Position numbers and translations under genes: made by a program | Part shown: one piece after another, positions 1-9,571 of the stretch | Numbering within the stretch: the first letter of the stretch is position 1 | How the letters are laid out: every line of letters starts with the position of its first letter | The notes under the pieces: generated by a model | What the model saw: only the letters and a program-made list of their open reading frames with translations | Told to the model about the DNA's origin: nothing | The model's database searches: none | From: an uncultured Helicobacter sp. | Lineage (GTDB): Bacteria > Campylobacterota > Campylobacteria > Campylobacterales > Helicobacteraceae | Reading direction: 5' to 3' | DNA length: 64,000 bases | Assembly (NCBI GenBank): GCA_947177485.1 | Contig: CAMWUR010000004.1 | Location: 271-64,270 of the forward strand

Positions 1-67
1 TCGAACATAGACGTGTGCACTGTGGTTGGGGGATTGGAATCGGTGAGTAATGGCTATAGGCGACAGC

Positions 68-814
68 TTATGGAGTCATTATGCTGCTTGCATTATCCCG
101 CGTGCGGGGGGGGGGGGCAGAATGTGCTGCTTTGTTGTCATAGAGCATGACGGCGATGTTGGGCTCACGGGGCATGCGCTTGATGAGGTGGACAACCTCG
201 AGCGCGAGATTAAAAGGCGGCTGGCGCAAGTCGAGCGCGCGGTATTGTGTGGGCAGAATGTCGGCATTGACGCGCTCGCTGATGTCGTTTGCAATCAGCG
301 CATAGCGGAACTTGGGGAGAATCGCGATGAACTCGTGGATTTTTGCATTGGGTAGGTGTTGCAAGACATCTTTGCAGATGAGCAAATCGGCGCTCTGAAT
401 CTGCGCAAAATCGCCATTGTAATGCACAAAATGGACATTTTCTTTCGCATAGCGCGCGTTGTTTGCGTTGATGACGACAGACGCGACGTCATAGCCCGTG
501 TAGGACGCGCCGCCCCAATCGATGTTCTTTGAGAACTGCCAATCGCCACAGCCGACATCAGCGATTGTGTGAATCTCATGTTTGCGCAAAAAATCTTGCA
601 AAAACATCACATAGCCATGTAAAAGCTCCTCTTTGCTGCCGCTACCGCTGCCATTGCCCCACATGTTCGTTTCATAGACGGTGTCAAAGAGTATGTTCAG
701 ATTCTGCGCATTTTGCTTCAAAAGCATGGTTTTAATAAAGTTCAGCTTATTATCAGTTTGTTGCAAGAACATGACGAGTTGCTGAAAGAATCGCTCATCA
801 AGTTGCACGGGCAT
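68..814 (-). CDS. class I SAM-dependent methyltransferase linked to pseC (candidate sugar or flagellar-glycan modification enzyme)
   Basis: ORF 68..856 with a DVGCGDW SAM-binding motif. The ATG at 814 has a GGAAAGGGA SD 5 nt upstream, whereas 856 is a TTG. The 3' tail runs through the C12 tract. Confidence 0.7.
   Translation of the reverse strand: MPVQLDERFFQQLVMFLQQTDNKLNFIKTMLLKQNAQNLNILFDTVYETNMWGNGSGSGSKEELLHGYVMFLQDFLRKHEIHTIADVGCGDWQFSKNIDWGGASYTGYDVASVVINANNARYAKENVHFVHYNGDFAQIQSADLLICKDVLQHLPNAKIHEFIAILPKFRYALIANDISERVNADILPTQYRALDLRQPPFNLALEVVHLIKRMPREPNIAVMLYDNKAAHSAPPPRTRDNASSIMTP
106..117 (+). repeat. G12 homopolymeric tract (C12 on the coding strand of the methyltransferase)
   Basis: Read directly from the sequence: cgtgc-GGGGGGGGGGGG-cag. 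Confidence 0.95.
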
Positions 815-1919
815 CGGCGTCCCTTTCCGCACAAAGTGCGTTGAAGGTTTTGGCAATCTCGACTGCTTGCTCTTCGGTCATTTCTTGGTGGCATGGCAAA
901 GAGAGCTCGGCGAGATAGAAATCATGCGCCACAGGCGTGGCGCTCGAGTCCGCGCCATAGAGCGCATAGGAATTGATAGGCTTGTAATGCACTTGCACGC
1001 CAATGCCCTTTTCGTGGAGCTGCATAAACAGCGATTCTTTGCTGCACCAAAGCGCGCGCGAGAGGAAGATGGGATAGAGATGGTGGGTGCTATACAGCCG
1101 CGAATCGCGCTTGAGCGTGGTGCAATAGGGCGAATTGGCAAAGAGTGAATCATAGAGCCGCGCAATCGCTTCGCGCTTTGCGATGAAGCTATCAAGCCGC
1201 TTGTATTGCGAGATTCCAAGCGCCGCGCCAAGCTCGTTTAGCCGAAAGTTGAAGCCCAAAAATTCCACTTCGCTATTCCACAGCGCCCTTTTTTGCACGC
1301 CATGCGAATGTAGCAGCTGCGCCTTTTGGTGTGCTTTTGCGTCTTTGAACACAACCGCGCCACCCTCTGCTGTGGTGATGGGCTTAATCGCATGGAAGCT
1401 AAAGATGGTCGCGTCTGCAAAAGAGCCCACAGGAGAATCGCCCACGCGCGCACCGAATGCATGCGAGCTGTCAGAAATCCAGAGCAAGCCATGCTTTTGA
1501 GCGATATGCGCAATGGAATTGACTGCAACAGATTGCCCGGCGTAATCCACGCTCACAATCGCCTTTGTGCGGGGGGTGATGAGGCTTTCGATTTTGTTTG
1601 GGTCGATGTTGCCATTTGGCAAGATGTCGCAAAAAACGGGCTTTGCGCCGAGCGCAAGCAGCATGTTGGTCGTGGCGACAAAGCTAATGGGTGTGGTGAT
1701 GACTTCGTCATCGCGCCCGATTCCAAGCGCAGAGTAGGCGCAATACAACGCCGAAGTAGCAGAGTTGAGCGCAAGCGCATAGGGAGCGCCGGCGCGCGCG
1801 GCAACGAGGCTTTCAAACTCGCTAACGCGCTGCCCTTGTGTGAGATGCGAGCTAAACAGCGCCTCTTTGAGTGCCTCTAGGTCCTCGCTATTCACCGATT
1901 GCTTGCTGTATGGAATCAT
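798..1919 (-). CDS. pseC: UDP-4-amino-4,6-dideoxy-N-acetyl-beta-L-altrosamine transaminase (DegT/DnrJ/EryC1 family, pseudaminic acid pathway)
   Basis: 373 aa. The segments TTPISFVATTNM, SVDYAG and SFHAIKPITTAEGG match H. pylori PseC as I recall it. Confidence 0.8.
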   Translation of the reverse strand: MIPYSKQSVNSEDLEALKEALFSSHLTQGQRVSEFESLVAARAGAPYALALNSATSALYCAYSALGIGRDDEVITTPISFVATTNMLLALGAKPVFCDILPNGNIDPNKIESLITPRTKAIVSVDYAGQSVAVNSIAHIAQKHGLLWISDSSHAFGARVGDSPVGSFADATIFSFHAIKPITTAEGGAVVFKDAKAHQKAQLLHSHGVQKRALWNSEVEFLGFNFRLNELGAALGISQYKRLDSFIAKREAIARLYDSLFANSPYCTTLKRDSRLYSTHHLYPIFLSRALWCSKESLFMQLHEKGIGVQVHYKPINSYALYGADSSATPVAHDFYLAELSLPCHQEMTEEQAVEIAKTFNALCAERDADARAT

Positions 1920-2681
1920 CTAGGCTAGAAGCGTATCGATTTTGCTACGCAAATATTGCGTGTTATAGACGTTCGCATACAATGCAGCATTCTCTTTTAA
2001 TTTTGCCTGATTCAGCTCGTTATAATTTTCGGCAACATCATTATTTTGTTGGCTGCTTTCTGCTGCTGTGAGATTCACGATTGTAACGAGATTGGAATTG
2101 ATACCATGTTGGATTCCGTTCATCACCGAACCGATATTGGCACGTTCCATATTGACATTTGTCATGAAATCAAGGATTGTTTGTTGGTCGTTCACATCAA
2201 CAAGCGAGGTATTGGGTGCATTGATATTGAGCGTAACGCTTGTTTCGTTGCCTGTAACAAAGGTCAGCTCGGACGCGAAGACATTTTTGCCATTGAATGA
2301 AGCCTGCATGACAGAATCGCGCATGCTCGCCTTGAGCGCGTTGGTTTCGCTCTGAATCATCGCACGTTGCTCGGTTGTGAGCGTATCGTTGCCGAGTTTG
2401 ACGGAAAGCACATTGATTCTGTCTGCTGTGGCTGTCATGTTGCCGAGAGTCGAATCCGCGATTTGCAACATTCCGATTGCATCGTTTGCATTGCGCACAC
2501 CCTGTGTGAGCCCCGAGATTTGAGACAAAAGCGAATCTGCAATCATGAGGTTTGCACCATCTGTTCCTTGCAATGCACGCATTGCCGCGATGTTTTCAAG
2601 CGCACTTTTCTCTTCGTTTTTCGCTTTGTTTGCGTTGTTGTTCGCTGTTGCGTTGATAGTCTGACTTTCACCGATTTTCAT
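1920..2681 (-). CDS. flaC: short flagellin-family protein, FlaC-like (flagellin N- and C-terminal segments, no central domain)
   Basis: 253 aa. ALENIAAMRAL, DAIGMLQIADS and a C-terminal KENAALYA..LLA align with Campylobacter FlaC as I recall it. Confidence 0.7.
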   Translation of the reverse strand: MKIGESQTINATANNNANKAKNEEKSALENIAAMRALQGTDGANLMIADSLLSQISGLTQGVRNANDAIGMLQIADSTLGNMTATADRINVLSVKLGNDTLTTEQRAMIQSETNALKASMRDSVMQASFNGKNVFASELTFVTGNETSVTLNINAPNTSLVDVNDQQTILDFMTNVNMERANIGSVMNGIQHGINSNLVTIVNLTAAESSQQNNDVAENYNELNQAKLKENAALYANVYNTQYLRSKIDTLLA

Positions 2682-2738
2682 TGTTGACTCCTTGTCGTGT
2701 TTGATGAAGAACTAATATGAATCCTTCTGCTTTTACTC

Positions 2739-2755
2739 AAGCAATTACTGTTCCA
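2739..2755 (-). promoter_or_regulatory. candidate RpoN (sigma-54) promoter for the flaC-like gene
   Basis: The minus strand reads TGGAAC-agtaa-TTGCTT (GG-N10-GC spacing), about 58 nt upstream of the ATG at 2681. It overlaps the accC stop codon. Confidence 0.55.
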
Positions 2756-4079
2756 AATATTTGGTATGGATGCGATTTTCTCGAAAATCTTGATTTTGCA
2801 TCATTTTTTGGTGGAACGGAATCACCGTGCGTACTCCTTGTATGGTGAATTCATCGAGCGCGCGGCTCATGCGTGCGATTGCCTTTTGCCGTGAATCGCC
2901 CCATACAATCAGCTTGCCAATCATTGAATCATAATGGATTGGAATGGTATAGCCCTCGTAAGCGTGGCTATCGACACGTACAAATGCACCGCCCGGGGCG
3001 ATGAAGCGCACAATCTTGCCGGGGCTTGGAAAGAATCGTTCAGGGTCTTCGGCTGTGATGCGGCATTCAATCGCATGTCCGCTAAAGTGGACTGATTCTT
3101 GCTTGAACAATTCCTCGCCTTGCGCGATACGAATCATCCACTCGACAATGTCGATTCCACTGACCATTTCGCTCACGGGGTGTTCGACTTGCAAACGTGT
3201 GTTCATTTCCATAAAATAGAAATTCTGTGTCGAATCGAGCAAAAATTCAAATGTGCCTGCGCCGACATAATGGATTGCACGTGCGACTTCGACAGCCTTT
3301 TCGAGCAGCTTTGCGCGTGTTTCGGGCAGAAGCGCGATTGCTGGAGATTCTTCAATCAATTTTTGGTGGCGGCGCTGCATCGAGCAGTCGCGCTCGCCGA
3401 TGTGTACGACATTGCCATGTTTGTCGGCGAGAATCTGTACTTCGATATGTTTGGGATTATCGATGAACTTCTCCATATAAATTGTACCATCGCCAAATGC
3501 GCTAATCGCTTCGCTTTCAGCAGCGAGGTAGGCATTGATGATGTTGTCCTCGCTTTGGACAATGCGCATTCCGCGCCCGCCGCCGCCGCTTGCTGCTTTG
3601 AGAATCACGGGGTAGCCGATTTTTGCTGCTTCTTCTTTGGCATGCTCATGCCCTTTGAGCGCGCCTTCGCTGCCCGGAATCACGGGCATACCGATTTGTT
3701 TCATGACTTCTTTTGCTTTGCTTTTGTCGCTCATAAGCGCCATGACTTCGGCGTTTGGACCGATGAACTCGATTCCATGTGCTTGACAGATTTCGACAAA
3801 GGCTTGATTCTCGCTCAAGAATCCATAGCCAGGAAAAATGGCATCGGCGCCAAAAAGCTCGGCAGCAGAAATGATTGCGGGCATGTTGAGGTAGCTTTCA
3901 TTTGATTTGTCGCCGCCCACACAGACTTTTGCGTCAGCTAAGTCGAGATAATGCGCCTCTTTGTCGGCTGTGGAATAGACAGCAATTGAATATTTGCCCA
4001 TTTCGCGAATCGTGCGAATCGCGCGCAAGGCAATCTCGCCACGATTGGCAATCAGAATTTTTTGCAGATTCTTTTGCAT
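2745..4079 (-). CDS. accC: acetyl-CoA carboxylase biotin carboxylase subunit
   Basis: 444 aa, typical ATP-grasp biotin carboxylase sequence, immediately downstream of accB. Confidence 0.95.
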   Translation of the reverse strand: MQKNLQKILIANRGEIALRAIRTIREMGKYSIAVYSTADKEAHYLDLADAKVCVGGDKSNESYLNMPAIISAAELFGADAIFPGYGFLSENQAFVEICQAHGIEFIGPNAEVMALMSDKSKAKEVMKQIGMPVIPGSEGALKGHEHAKEEAAKIGYPVILKAASGGGGRGMRIVQSEDNIINAYLAAESEAISAFGDGTIYMEKFIDNPKHIEVQILADKHGNVVHIGERDCSMQRRHQKLIEESPAIALLPETRAKLLEKAVEVARAIHYVGAGTFEFLLDSTQNFYFMEMNTRLQVEHPVSEMVSGIDIVEWMIRIAQGEELFKQESVHFSGHAIECRITAEDPERFFPSPGKIVRFIAPGGAFVRVDSHAYEGYTIPIHYDSMIGKLIVWGDSRQKAIARMSRALDEFTIQGVRTVIPFHQKMMQNQDFRENRIHTKYLEQ

Positions 4080-4519
4080 TAGAGGCGCTCCACAATGAAT
4101 AAGACTTCGCCATATTCGACTGGTTGCGCATCAGCAGGCACAATCTCGAGAATCTTGCAATCATACTCGGCTTCGATTTCGTTCATGATTTTCATCGCCT
4201 CGATGATAGCAAGCGTTTGTCCTTTTTTGACTTTGTCGCCAACCTGTACATACGCAGCGCTCCCGGGTGAGGGCGAGCGGTAGAATGTCCCAACCATAGG
4301 CGATGTCAAGGTATCGCCTTCTTTTTTGGGCAATGGTGTGATGTCGTCATCATTGTCTTTTTGCACCAAAGGTGCTTGTACCATGATTGTTTGTGGTTCG
4401 ACTTTTGTTGCATGCCCTTTTTCGAGCTTTAAGACAAAATCGCCTCGTTGGATATGCAGCTTTGTTGATTGTGTCGAATCGAACAAAAGAACCAATTCTT
4501 TGATTTCCTCAAGCTTCAT
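4079..4519 (-). CDS. accB: acetyl-CoA carboxylase biotin carboxyl carrier protein
   Basis: 146 aa with the EAMKIMNEIEA biotinyl-lysine motif. Confidence 0.95.
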   Translation of the reverse strand: MKLEEIKELVLLFDSTQSTKLHIQRGDFVLKLEKGHATKVEPQTIMVQAPLVQKDNDDDITPLPKKEGDTLTSPMVGTFYRSPSPGSAAYVQVGDKVKKGQTLAIIEAMKIMNEIEAEYDCKILEIVPADAQPVEYGEVLFIVERL

Positions 4520-4579
4520 TGTTGTCCTTAAAAATTTTGCGTTATAATACCATAAATCTCTATGACTTTAGGAAACGTA

Positions 4580-5140
4580 ATGGGGCTCAAAGAGGATAAA
4601 TGGATTTTGCAAAAAGCATTACATGAGCAGATGATTGTGCCATTTTGTGAGAATCAGGTGGGCAAGGGCGTGATTAGTTATGGATTGAGTAGCTATGGTT
4701 ATGATATTCGCGTGAGTGATGAATTTAAGATTTTTACCAATATCAATACCACCGTTGTTGACCCCAAAGATTTTCAGCTCTCCAATACGATTGATTTTCG
4801 TGGCAATGTTTGCATTATTCCGCCTAATTCTTTTGCGCTCGCACGTACAATCGAATATTTTAAAATCCCACGCAATGTGCTTGCCATTTGTGTCGGCAAA
4901 AGCACCTATGCGCGTTGTGGGATTATTGTCAATGTTACGCCTTTTGAGCCAGAGTTTGAGGGATATATCACGATTGAGATTAGCAACACAACGCCCTTGC
5001 CCGCCAAAATCTATGCGAATGAGGGCATTGCACAGGTGTTGTTTTTCGAGGGTGATTGCGATTGCGAAGTGAGCTATAAAGACAAGAATGGCAAATACCA
5101 AAAGCAACAGGGAATCACGTTACCTCGCATTGTGGAGTAG
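4580..5140 (+). CDS. dcd: dCTP deaminase
   Basis: ORF 4562..5140. The internal start MGLKEDKWI matches the Helicobacter Dcd N-terminus and gives 186 aa. Confidence 0.9.
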   Translation: MGLKEDKWILQKALHEQMIVPFCENQVGKGVISYGLSSYGYDIRVSDEFKIFTNINTTVVDPKDFQLSNTIDFRGNVCIIPPNSFALARTIEYFKIPRNVLAICVGKSTYARCGIIVNVTPFEPEFEGYITIEISNTTPLPAKIYANEGIAQVLFFEGDCDCEVSYKDKNGKYQKQQGITLPRIVE

Positions 5141-5150
5141 GAGTTTGGGC

Positions 5151-6485
5151 ATGAAAGAAGCATTCATCTATCCCAATGGTATTACGGGGCGCATGCTCGG
5201 AATCATGATGACTCATCTATACAATATCCCGATTCATTATATCGATGATAGCGCGCCAGAAACCTCATTGCAAGCGCATGCCAAGACATTGCGCGAAAGG
5301 CAAATCACCGTTCTTGTGCCGCGAAGTCCTTATAATGAACAAACGGCAGATGTGCTTTGTGCCAAGTTACGAGCTGAAGGTATTGCCTATAATGACAATG
5401 CGCTTGAGGAGCTTGCGTTGCAGAGTATCGCCGCAATCGATGCGCTCTTGCGCGAGCGACAAAAACCAACCATCGCGATTGAGATGACAGGTATGGCAGA
5501 CGATAAGCATATTGGTCTCATTGATTCGGAACTTTTATCGCGCAATGCTGATGTGCAGATTCTCTATCTCTGTGGATTGCCCGAGCCATTTGCCAAAGTA
5601 CGTGCGCAGATTGAAGGTAGTGGGGGGGGGGGCAGGAATTGTCTAGTGCGCGCTTTGCCGTCTTTTTATTTTCATCAACTCTCTTCTATACAGGCTCTCA
5701 TCAAAACTTCAATGTACTTTAGCAACAAAAACTCCCATGTGCCGACTTTTTATCTCGGGCATGCGCTCGTTGATTGGACAAATTATCAGCAAAACCAACT
5801 TCATTTGCTTCAGCAGGAATCCTATGATTACGCATGCGTTGCGGGGGAGGATTTTTTGCCCCGCTCTCGCGAAGATTGCTATCTCCATTCGGGCTATCTC
5901 GGGTTTGATAGAATTGCGCCCGACATAAGTGGCGAGACATTTGCGCCCCGAAACATTGTCCTTTTTGCCCCCTACAACATGGACGAAATGTGGAAAATGT
6001 TTGGATTGGTCAAAGCCACATTGTCGGAGCAAGGGGGGATTTATGACGTGCGCTTGCGTGTGCGCTACCGCAACGTGGGTGAGCCATCGAGCCATTGGGA
6101 TAGTGAGGGTATGGCGCAGATTCTCGCGCAACTCTCTTGCTATTCCAATTTTTCCATAGACGAAAATGAACATATTGTGCCGCAATCTTATAACGAGACA
6201 TTTTGTTGTGTTTGTGGTGCAACCACAATGCGCTATACCTATCCTCTGCTTGCCTTGCGCCCATCGATTGTGCTTGCCGATGGCGCACATGTGTTGCCAA
6301 GTGCGTTGGGAATTGTGTTTGAGACGAGTGCGGAAGCACAATTCATGGAGATTTTAAATGACGTCTATACCAAACAAGAAACATGGCATAGCACTCTCTT
6401 GCAATATAGAAAGCAGAAAATCTATCATTTTGGTCGCGCTAGCGCATGGCTTGCAGATTTTGTTCTCAAAAAACTAGGGTTGTAG
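5151..6485 (+). CDS. hypothetical protein with an internal G11 tract; weak resemblance to glycosyl/glycerophosphate-transferase folds
   Basis: ORF 5088..6485. The ATG at 5151 follows a GGAG and the dcd stop. No confident family assignment from the sequence alone. Confidence 0.6.
   Translation: MKEAFIYPNGITGRMLGIMMTHLYNIPIHYIDDSAPETSLQAHAKTLRERQITVLVPRSPYNEQTADVLCAKLRAEGIAYNDNALEELALQSIAAIDALLRERQKPTIAIEMTGMADDKHIGLIDSELLSRNADVQILYLCGLPEPFAKVRAQIEGSGGGGRNCLVRALPSFYFHQLSSIQALIKTSMYFSNKNSHVPTFYLGHALVDWTNYQQNQLHLLQQESYDYACVAGEDFLPRSREDCYLHSGYLGFDRIAPDISGETFAPRNIVLFAPYNMDEMWKMFGLVKATLSEQGGIYDVRLRVRYRNVGEPSSHWDSEGMAQILAQLSCYSNFSIDENEHIVPQSYNETFCCVCGATTMRYTYPLLALRPSIVLADGAHVLPSALGIVFETSAEAQFMEILNDVYTKQETWHSTLLQYRKQKIYHFGRASAWLADFVLKKLGL
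5622..5632 (+). repeat. G11 homopolymeric tract inside CDS 5151..6485 (encodes GGGG)
   Basis: Read directly: ggtagt-GGGGGGGGGGG-cagg. Confidence 0.95.
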
Positions 6486-7052
6486 AATGCTCGCCTTCAG
6501 AATGCGCGGAGTTTCTTGTGGGCGGTTGTTGGAATCTGTTGGAATCGATTCGAGGACATTGAGCACATCAAAGCCGTTCTTTACCTCGCCAAAGATTGTG
6601 TGCTTGCCATCAAGCCATGGAGCTTTTGCAGTGGTGATGAAAAATTGCGAACCATTGGTGTTTGCGCCCGCGTTTGCCATTGCCAAAATACCGCCGCGGT
6701 CGAAGGTATAGCCAAGCGCGATTTCATCTTCAAAGGGCTTGTTCCAAATCGAGCTCCCGCCACGTCCTGTGCCTGTCGGGTCGCCACCTTGAATCATAAA
6801 CCCTTTGATGATTCTATGGAAGCTAATGCCATTATAATAGCCAGTGTCGACGAGCCGTAAGAAATTCTCGACAGCTTTGGGCGCGACTTTTGGAAAAAGC
6901 TCGAGCGTGATGTCGCCCGCTGTGGTTTGCAGCAACACTTGAGGATTGTTGCCGCTATCAAGAATCGCCGCGATGGTTTTTGCATTTGCAAAAGTGGCGC
7001 AACAAAGCAATATGGCAAGAAGTTTAATCAAACAATGAGTGAACGCTTTCAT
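6474..7052 (-). CDS. cyclophilin-type peptidyl-prolyl cis-trans isomerase, secreted
   Basis: 192 aa with an N-terminal signal peptide and the [15 protein letters not shown] and SQFFITT motifs. Confidence 0.9.
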   Translation of the reverse strand: MKAFTHCLIKLLAILLCCATFANAKTIAAILDSGNNPQVLLQTTAGDITLELFPKVAPKAVENFLRLVDTGYYNGISFHRIIKGFMIQGGDPTGTGRGGSSIWNKPFEDEIALGYTFDRGGILAMANAGANTNGSQFFITTAKAPWLDGKHTIFGEVKNGFDVLNVLESIPTDSNNRPQETPRILKASILQP

Positions 7053-7953
7053 TACGATAAATCCTTCGAATCACTTCGGCAAATAGCGATGCAACGCTTA
7101 GAATCGTGATTTTTTTATGGGGGTTGTGAATGGGGATTGTGTCGGTTACAACGACATTATCAATCGCGGGACTTTCAATCCGTTCTCTTGCCGCACCGCT
7201 AAAGACGGCATGCGTGCCAAATGCGAGCACGGCGCACGCACCCTGTGCCTTGAGCGCTTCAGCAGCTTTGAGCATCGTGCCTGCTGTGTCAATCATATCA
7301 TCAAGCAGAATCACGCTTTTACCTTGCACATCGCCGATGATGTTCATCACCTCGCTCTCGTTTGCCTTTTGGCGGCGCTTGTCGATAATCGCTAAATCGA
7401 GATTGAGCAGCTTCGCAAAATAGCGCGCGCGCGCCACGCCTCCGATGTCAGGGCTCGCAACAATGGGATTGACGAGGTTGAGCCTCTCGACATATTCTTT
7501 GAACACAATCGAGCCATAGAGATTGTCGACAGGAATATCGAAAAAGCCCTGAATTTGCCCTGCGTGCAGGTCCATCGTTACAACACGATTCACACCTGCG
7601 CTTTGGAGCAAGTCGGCAACGAGCTTTGCACTAATAGGCACACGTGGGGCGGCTTTGCGGTCTTGACGTGCATAGCCAAAATAAGGAATCACCGCTGTAA
7701 TCGAAGCAGCCGAGCTACGTTTCATCGCATCGGCGATGATTAAAAGCTCCATGAGGCTATCGTTTGCTGGAGCGCATGTGGGCTGAATCACAAAGACATC
7801 ATATCCACGTACACTTTCAGAGATTCGCACGCTGATTTCGCCATCGCTAAAACGTGCAATCTCTGCGGACGAAAGCAAAACCTCAAGGTTTTTTGCGACA
7901 TCAGCAGCAAAGCGTGGGTGCGCCGTTCCGCTGAATATTTTGTAGCTTTTCAT
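7024..7953 (-). CDS. prs: ribose-phosphate pyrophosphokinase
   Basis: ORF 7024..8013. The internal start [13 protein letters not shown] gives the canonical N-terminus. Confidence 0.9.
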   Translation of the reverse strand: MKSYKIFSGTAHPRFAADVAKNLEVLLSSAEIARFSDGEISVRISESVRGYDVFVIQPTCAPANDSLMELLIIADAMKRSSAASITAVIPYFGYARQDRKAAPRVPISAKLVADLLQSAGVNRVVTMDLHAGQIQGFFDIPVDNLYGSIVFKEYVERLNLVNPIVASPDIGGVARARYFAKLLNLDLAIIDKRRQKANESEVMNIIGDVQGKSVILLDDMIDTAGTMLKAAEALKAQGACAVLAFGTHAVFSGAARERIESPAIDNVVVTDTIPIHNPHKKITILSVASLFAEVIRRIYRNESVHSLFD

Positions 7954-8184
7954 GCAACATTGCTCCTGCTTATAAAATCTGCAATCATGCAATCGCAATG
8001 CGTGCTTGTGCATAAGCTATCCATGAATGCTATTAGGGACAAAGCAAAAAGCTTTTGTTGTCCGTTTCACAGCGACACAGGGCGCATGCGCTGTGCCGCA
8101 ACTTTGGGGATTTGCGGGCAATTCCGCAAACGACAGCAAAAGCTCGCTTTTGCAATAGCAAAACGATATTTTGCCGATTCTCTG

Positions 8185-8379
8185 CTATTTAGTTTTTTCT
8201 TTTGGAATAGGGCGTACCTCTAAATCCATCGAAAGCACATAGGAAAGGTAATTTGGGTCATTTTCGTCAACATACACAACCTTTCGCTTTTTGTTGATTT
8301 TATCGAAATGTTCTCGATATCCCTTGACAGTTTTTGGTGGCTCTATTCTGCTGTTTCTGTTCCCACTACTTCGAATCAT
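8185..8379 (-). CDS. small hypothetical protein (64 aa)
   Basis: The ATG is preceded by AAGGAGGAGTTT. It overlaps the mnmA 3' end by 14 nt, is AT-richer than its flanks, and I recognised no family. Confidence 0.4.
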   Translation of the reverse strand: MIRSSGNRNSRIEPPKTVKGYREHFDKINKKRKVVYVDENDPNYLSYVLSMDLEVRPIPKEKTK

Positions 8380-9442
8380 AAACTCCTCCTTGACTTAAAG
8401 ATGAGGTCATCTCTGAATGCACGATAAACCCGCCGCCAAGAACCAAGTCACCGTCATATAGCACGAGCGCTTGTCCATTCGCAACACCATAGGCATGCTC
8501 TTTGAGATGAGCAATCAGCTGCCCGTCTGCATCGAGATGTACTTTTGCGGGCACTTTGGGGCTGCGGTAGCGAATCTTGACCATACATTCACGTGGCTCG
8601 AAATCATGTGGCAATGCAAGTGGATGAGCAAGCACACGATTTTTAGCGAGTTCTTCTTTTGTGCCGACAACGATTTGATTCTCTTTGGGGTGAATGGCGA
8701 GCACATAATGGGGCGTGTGTGCGCCATGGACAAAAAAGCCCTTGCGTTTGCCGATGGTGTATTGCATATAGCCCTTGTGTGTGCCGATTTTTTGCCCTTC
8801 TGTGTTGACAATCTCGCCTTCTTGTTCTACAGAGACATGTTGTTTGAGTACATCGATATAGTCTTTTTCAACAAAGCAAATTTCTTGAGATTCTTTGTAG
8901 GTTTCGAGACTCCCTAGCCATGGGAGTTTGGAGAGTGCAATGGGTTTGATGTCTTGTTTGAGCATATTGCCTAGAGGAAAAATAACGCGGTCAATCGCTT
9001 CTTGTGGGATTCCAAATAGAAAATAGCTTTGGTCTTTGTGTGAATCGAATGCTTCTTTGATTCTGCCTTTTTCAACACGTGCATAATGTCCTGTTGCGAT
9101 AGTGTCGCAGCCCATTTCCATTGCCTTTGCAAATGCAAAACCAAATTTCATGCGTGGGTTGCACATTGCGCATGGATTGGGTGTACGTCCCTCTTGGTAG
9201 CCGCGCACAAATTCATTATAAACATGCTCTTTGAAAAGCTCTTGTGCGTCTAAGACATCGTAGGCAAAGTTTAAATGACTGCTTGCTTTTTGGATATTGC
9301 GGATATTTGCGGCATGCAACTCTTCGCGCCCATGCAGCTTGAGATAGATTCCATGAATCTCATATCCCTGCTCTTTGAGCAAATAGGCACAATATGACGA
9401 GTCGACTCCTCCACTCATCAGCAAGGCAACTTTTTTATTCAT
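8366..9442 (-). CDS. mnmA: tRNA 2-thiouridine(34) synthase
   Basis: 358 aa with the N-terminal PP-loop LMSGGVDSS. Confidence 0.95.
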   Translation of the reverse strand: MNKKVALLMSGGVDSSYCAYLLKEQGYEIHGIYLKLHGREELHAANIRNIQKASSHLNFAYDVLDAQELFKEHVYNEFVRGYQEGRTPNPCAMCNPRMKFGFAFAKAMEMGCDTIATGHYARVEKGRIKEAFDSHKDQSYFLFGIPQEAIDRVIFPLGNMLKQDIKPIALSKLPWLGSLETYKESQEICFVEKDYIDVLKQHVSVEQEGEIVNTEGQKIGTHKGYMQYTIGKRKGFFVHGAHTPHYVLAIHPKENQIVVGTKEELAKNRVLAHPLALPHDFEPRECMVKIRYRSPKVPAKVHLDADGQLIAHLKEHAYGVANGQALVLYDGDLVLGGGFIVHSEMTSSLSQGGVYDSK

Positions 9443-9538
9443 CGGTTGTTATCCTTAACTTCGATAGCTGTATTCTATCTAAAAAATTTTGAATTTGCAA
9501 GAGTTTCATCATCAATTTTGTGCGTGTTAGAAAGTTTA

Positions 9539-9547
9539 TGCTAGAAT
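9539..9547 (+). promoter_or_regulatory. extended -10 element (TGcTAGAAT) upstream of gyrA
   Basis: TG at 9539-9540 and TAGAAT at 9542-9547, with T-rich DNA upstream. Confidence 0.4.
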
Positions 9548-9571
9548 AGTTTTTGCTAAAAATGGAAGGCT

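Noticed and set aside
50-355. Plus-strand ORF 50..355 crossing the G12 tract.
   Set aside because: It is antisense to the methyltransferase, which has a clear SAM-binding motif. It has no SD, and its Gly-run is just the homopolymer.
8068-8154. Three consecutive short hairpins (CACAGCG/CGCTGTG, TTTGCGG/CCGCAAA, GCAAAAGC/GCTTTTGC), considered as a structured ncRNA.
   Set aside because: The stems are short (7-8 bp) and match no RNA family I recognise. The position between the end of the mnmA/small-ORF unit and the prs start is explained more simply by terminator and promoter-region structure.
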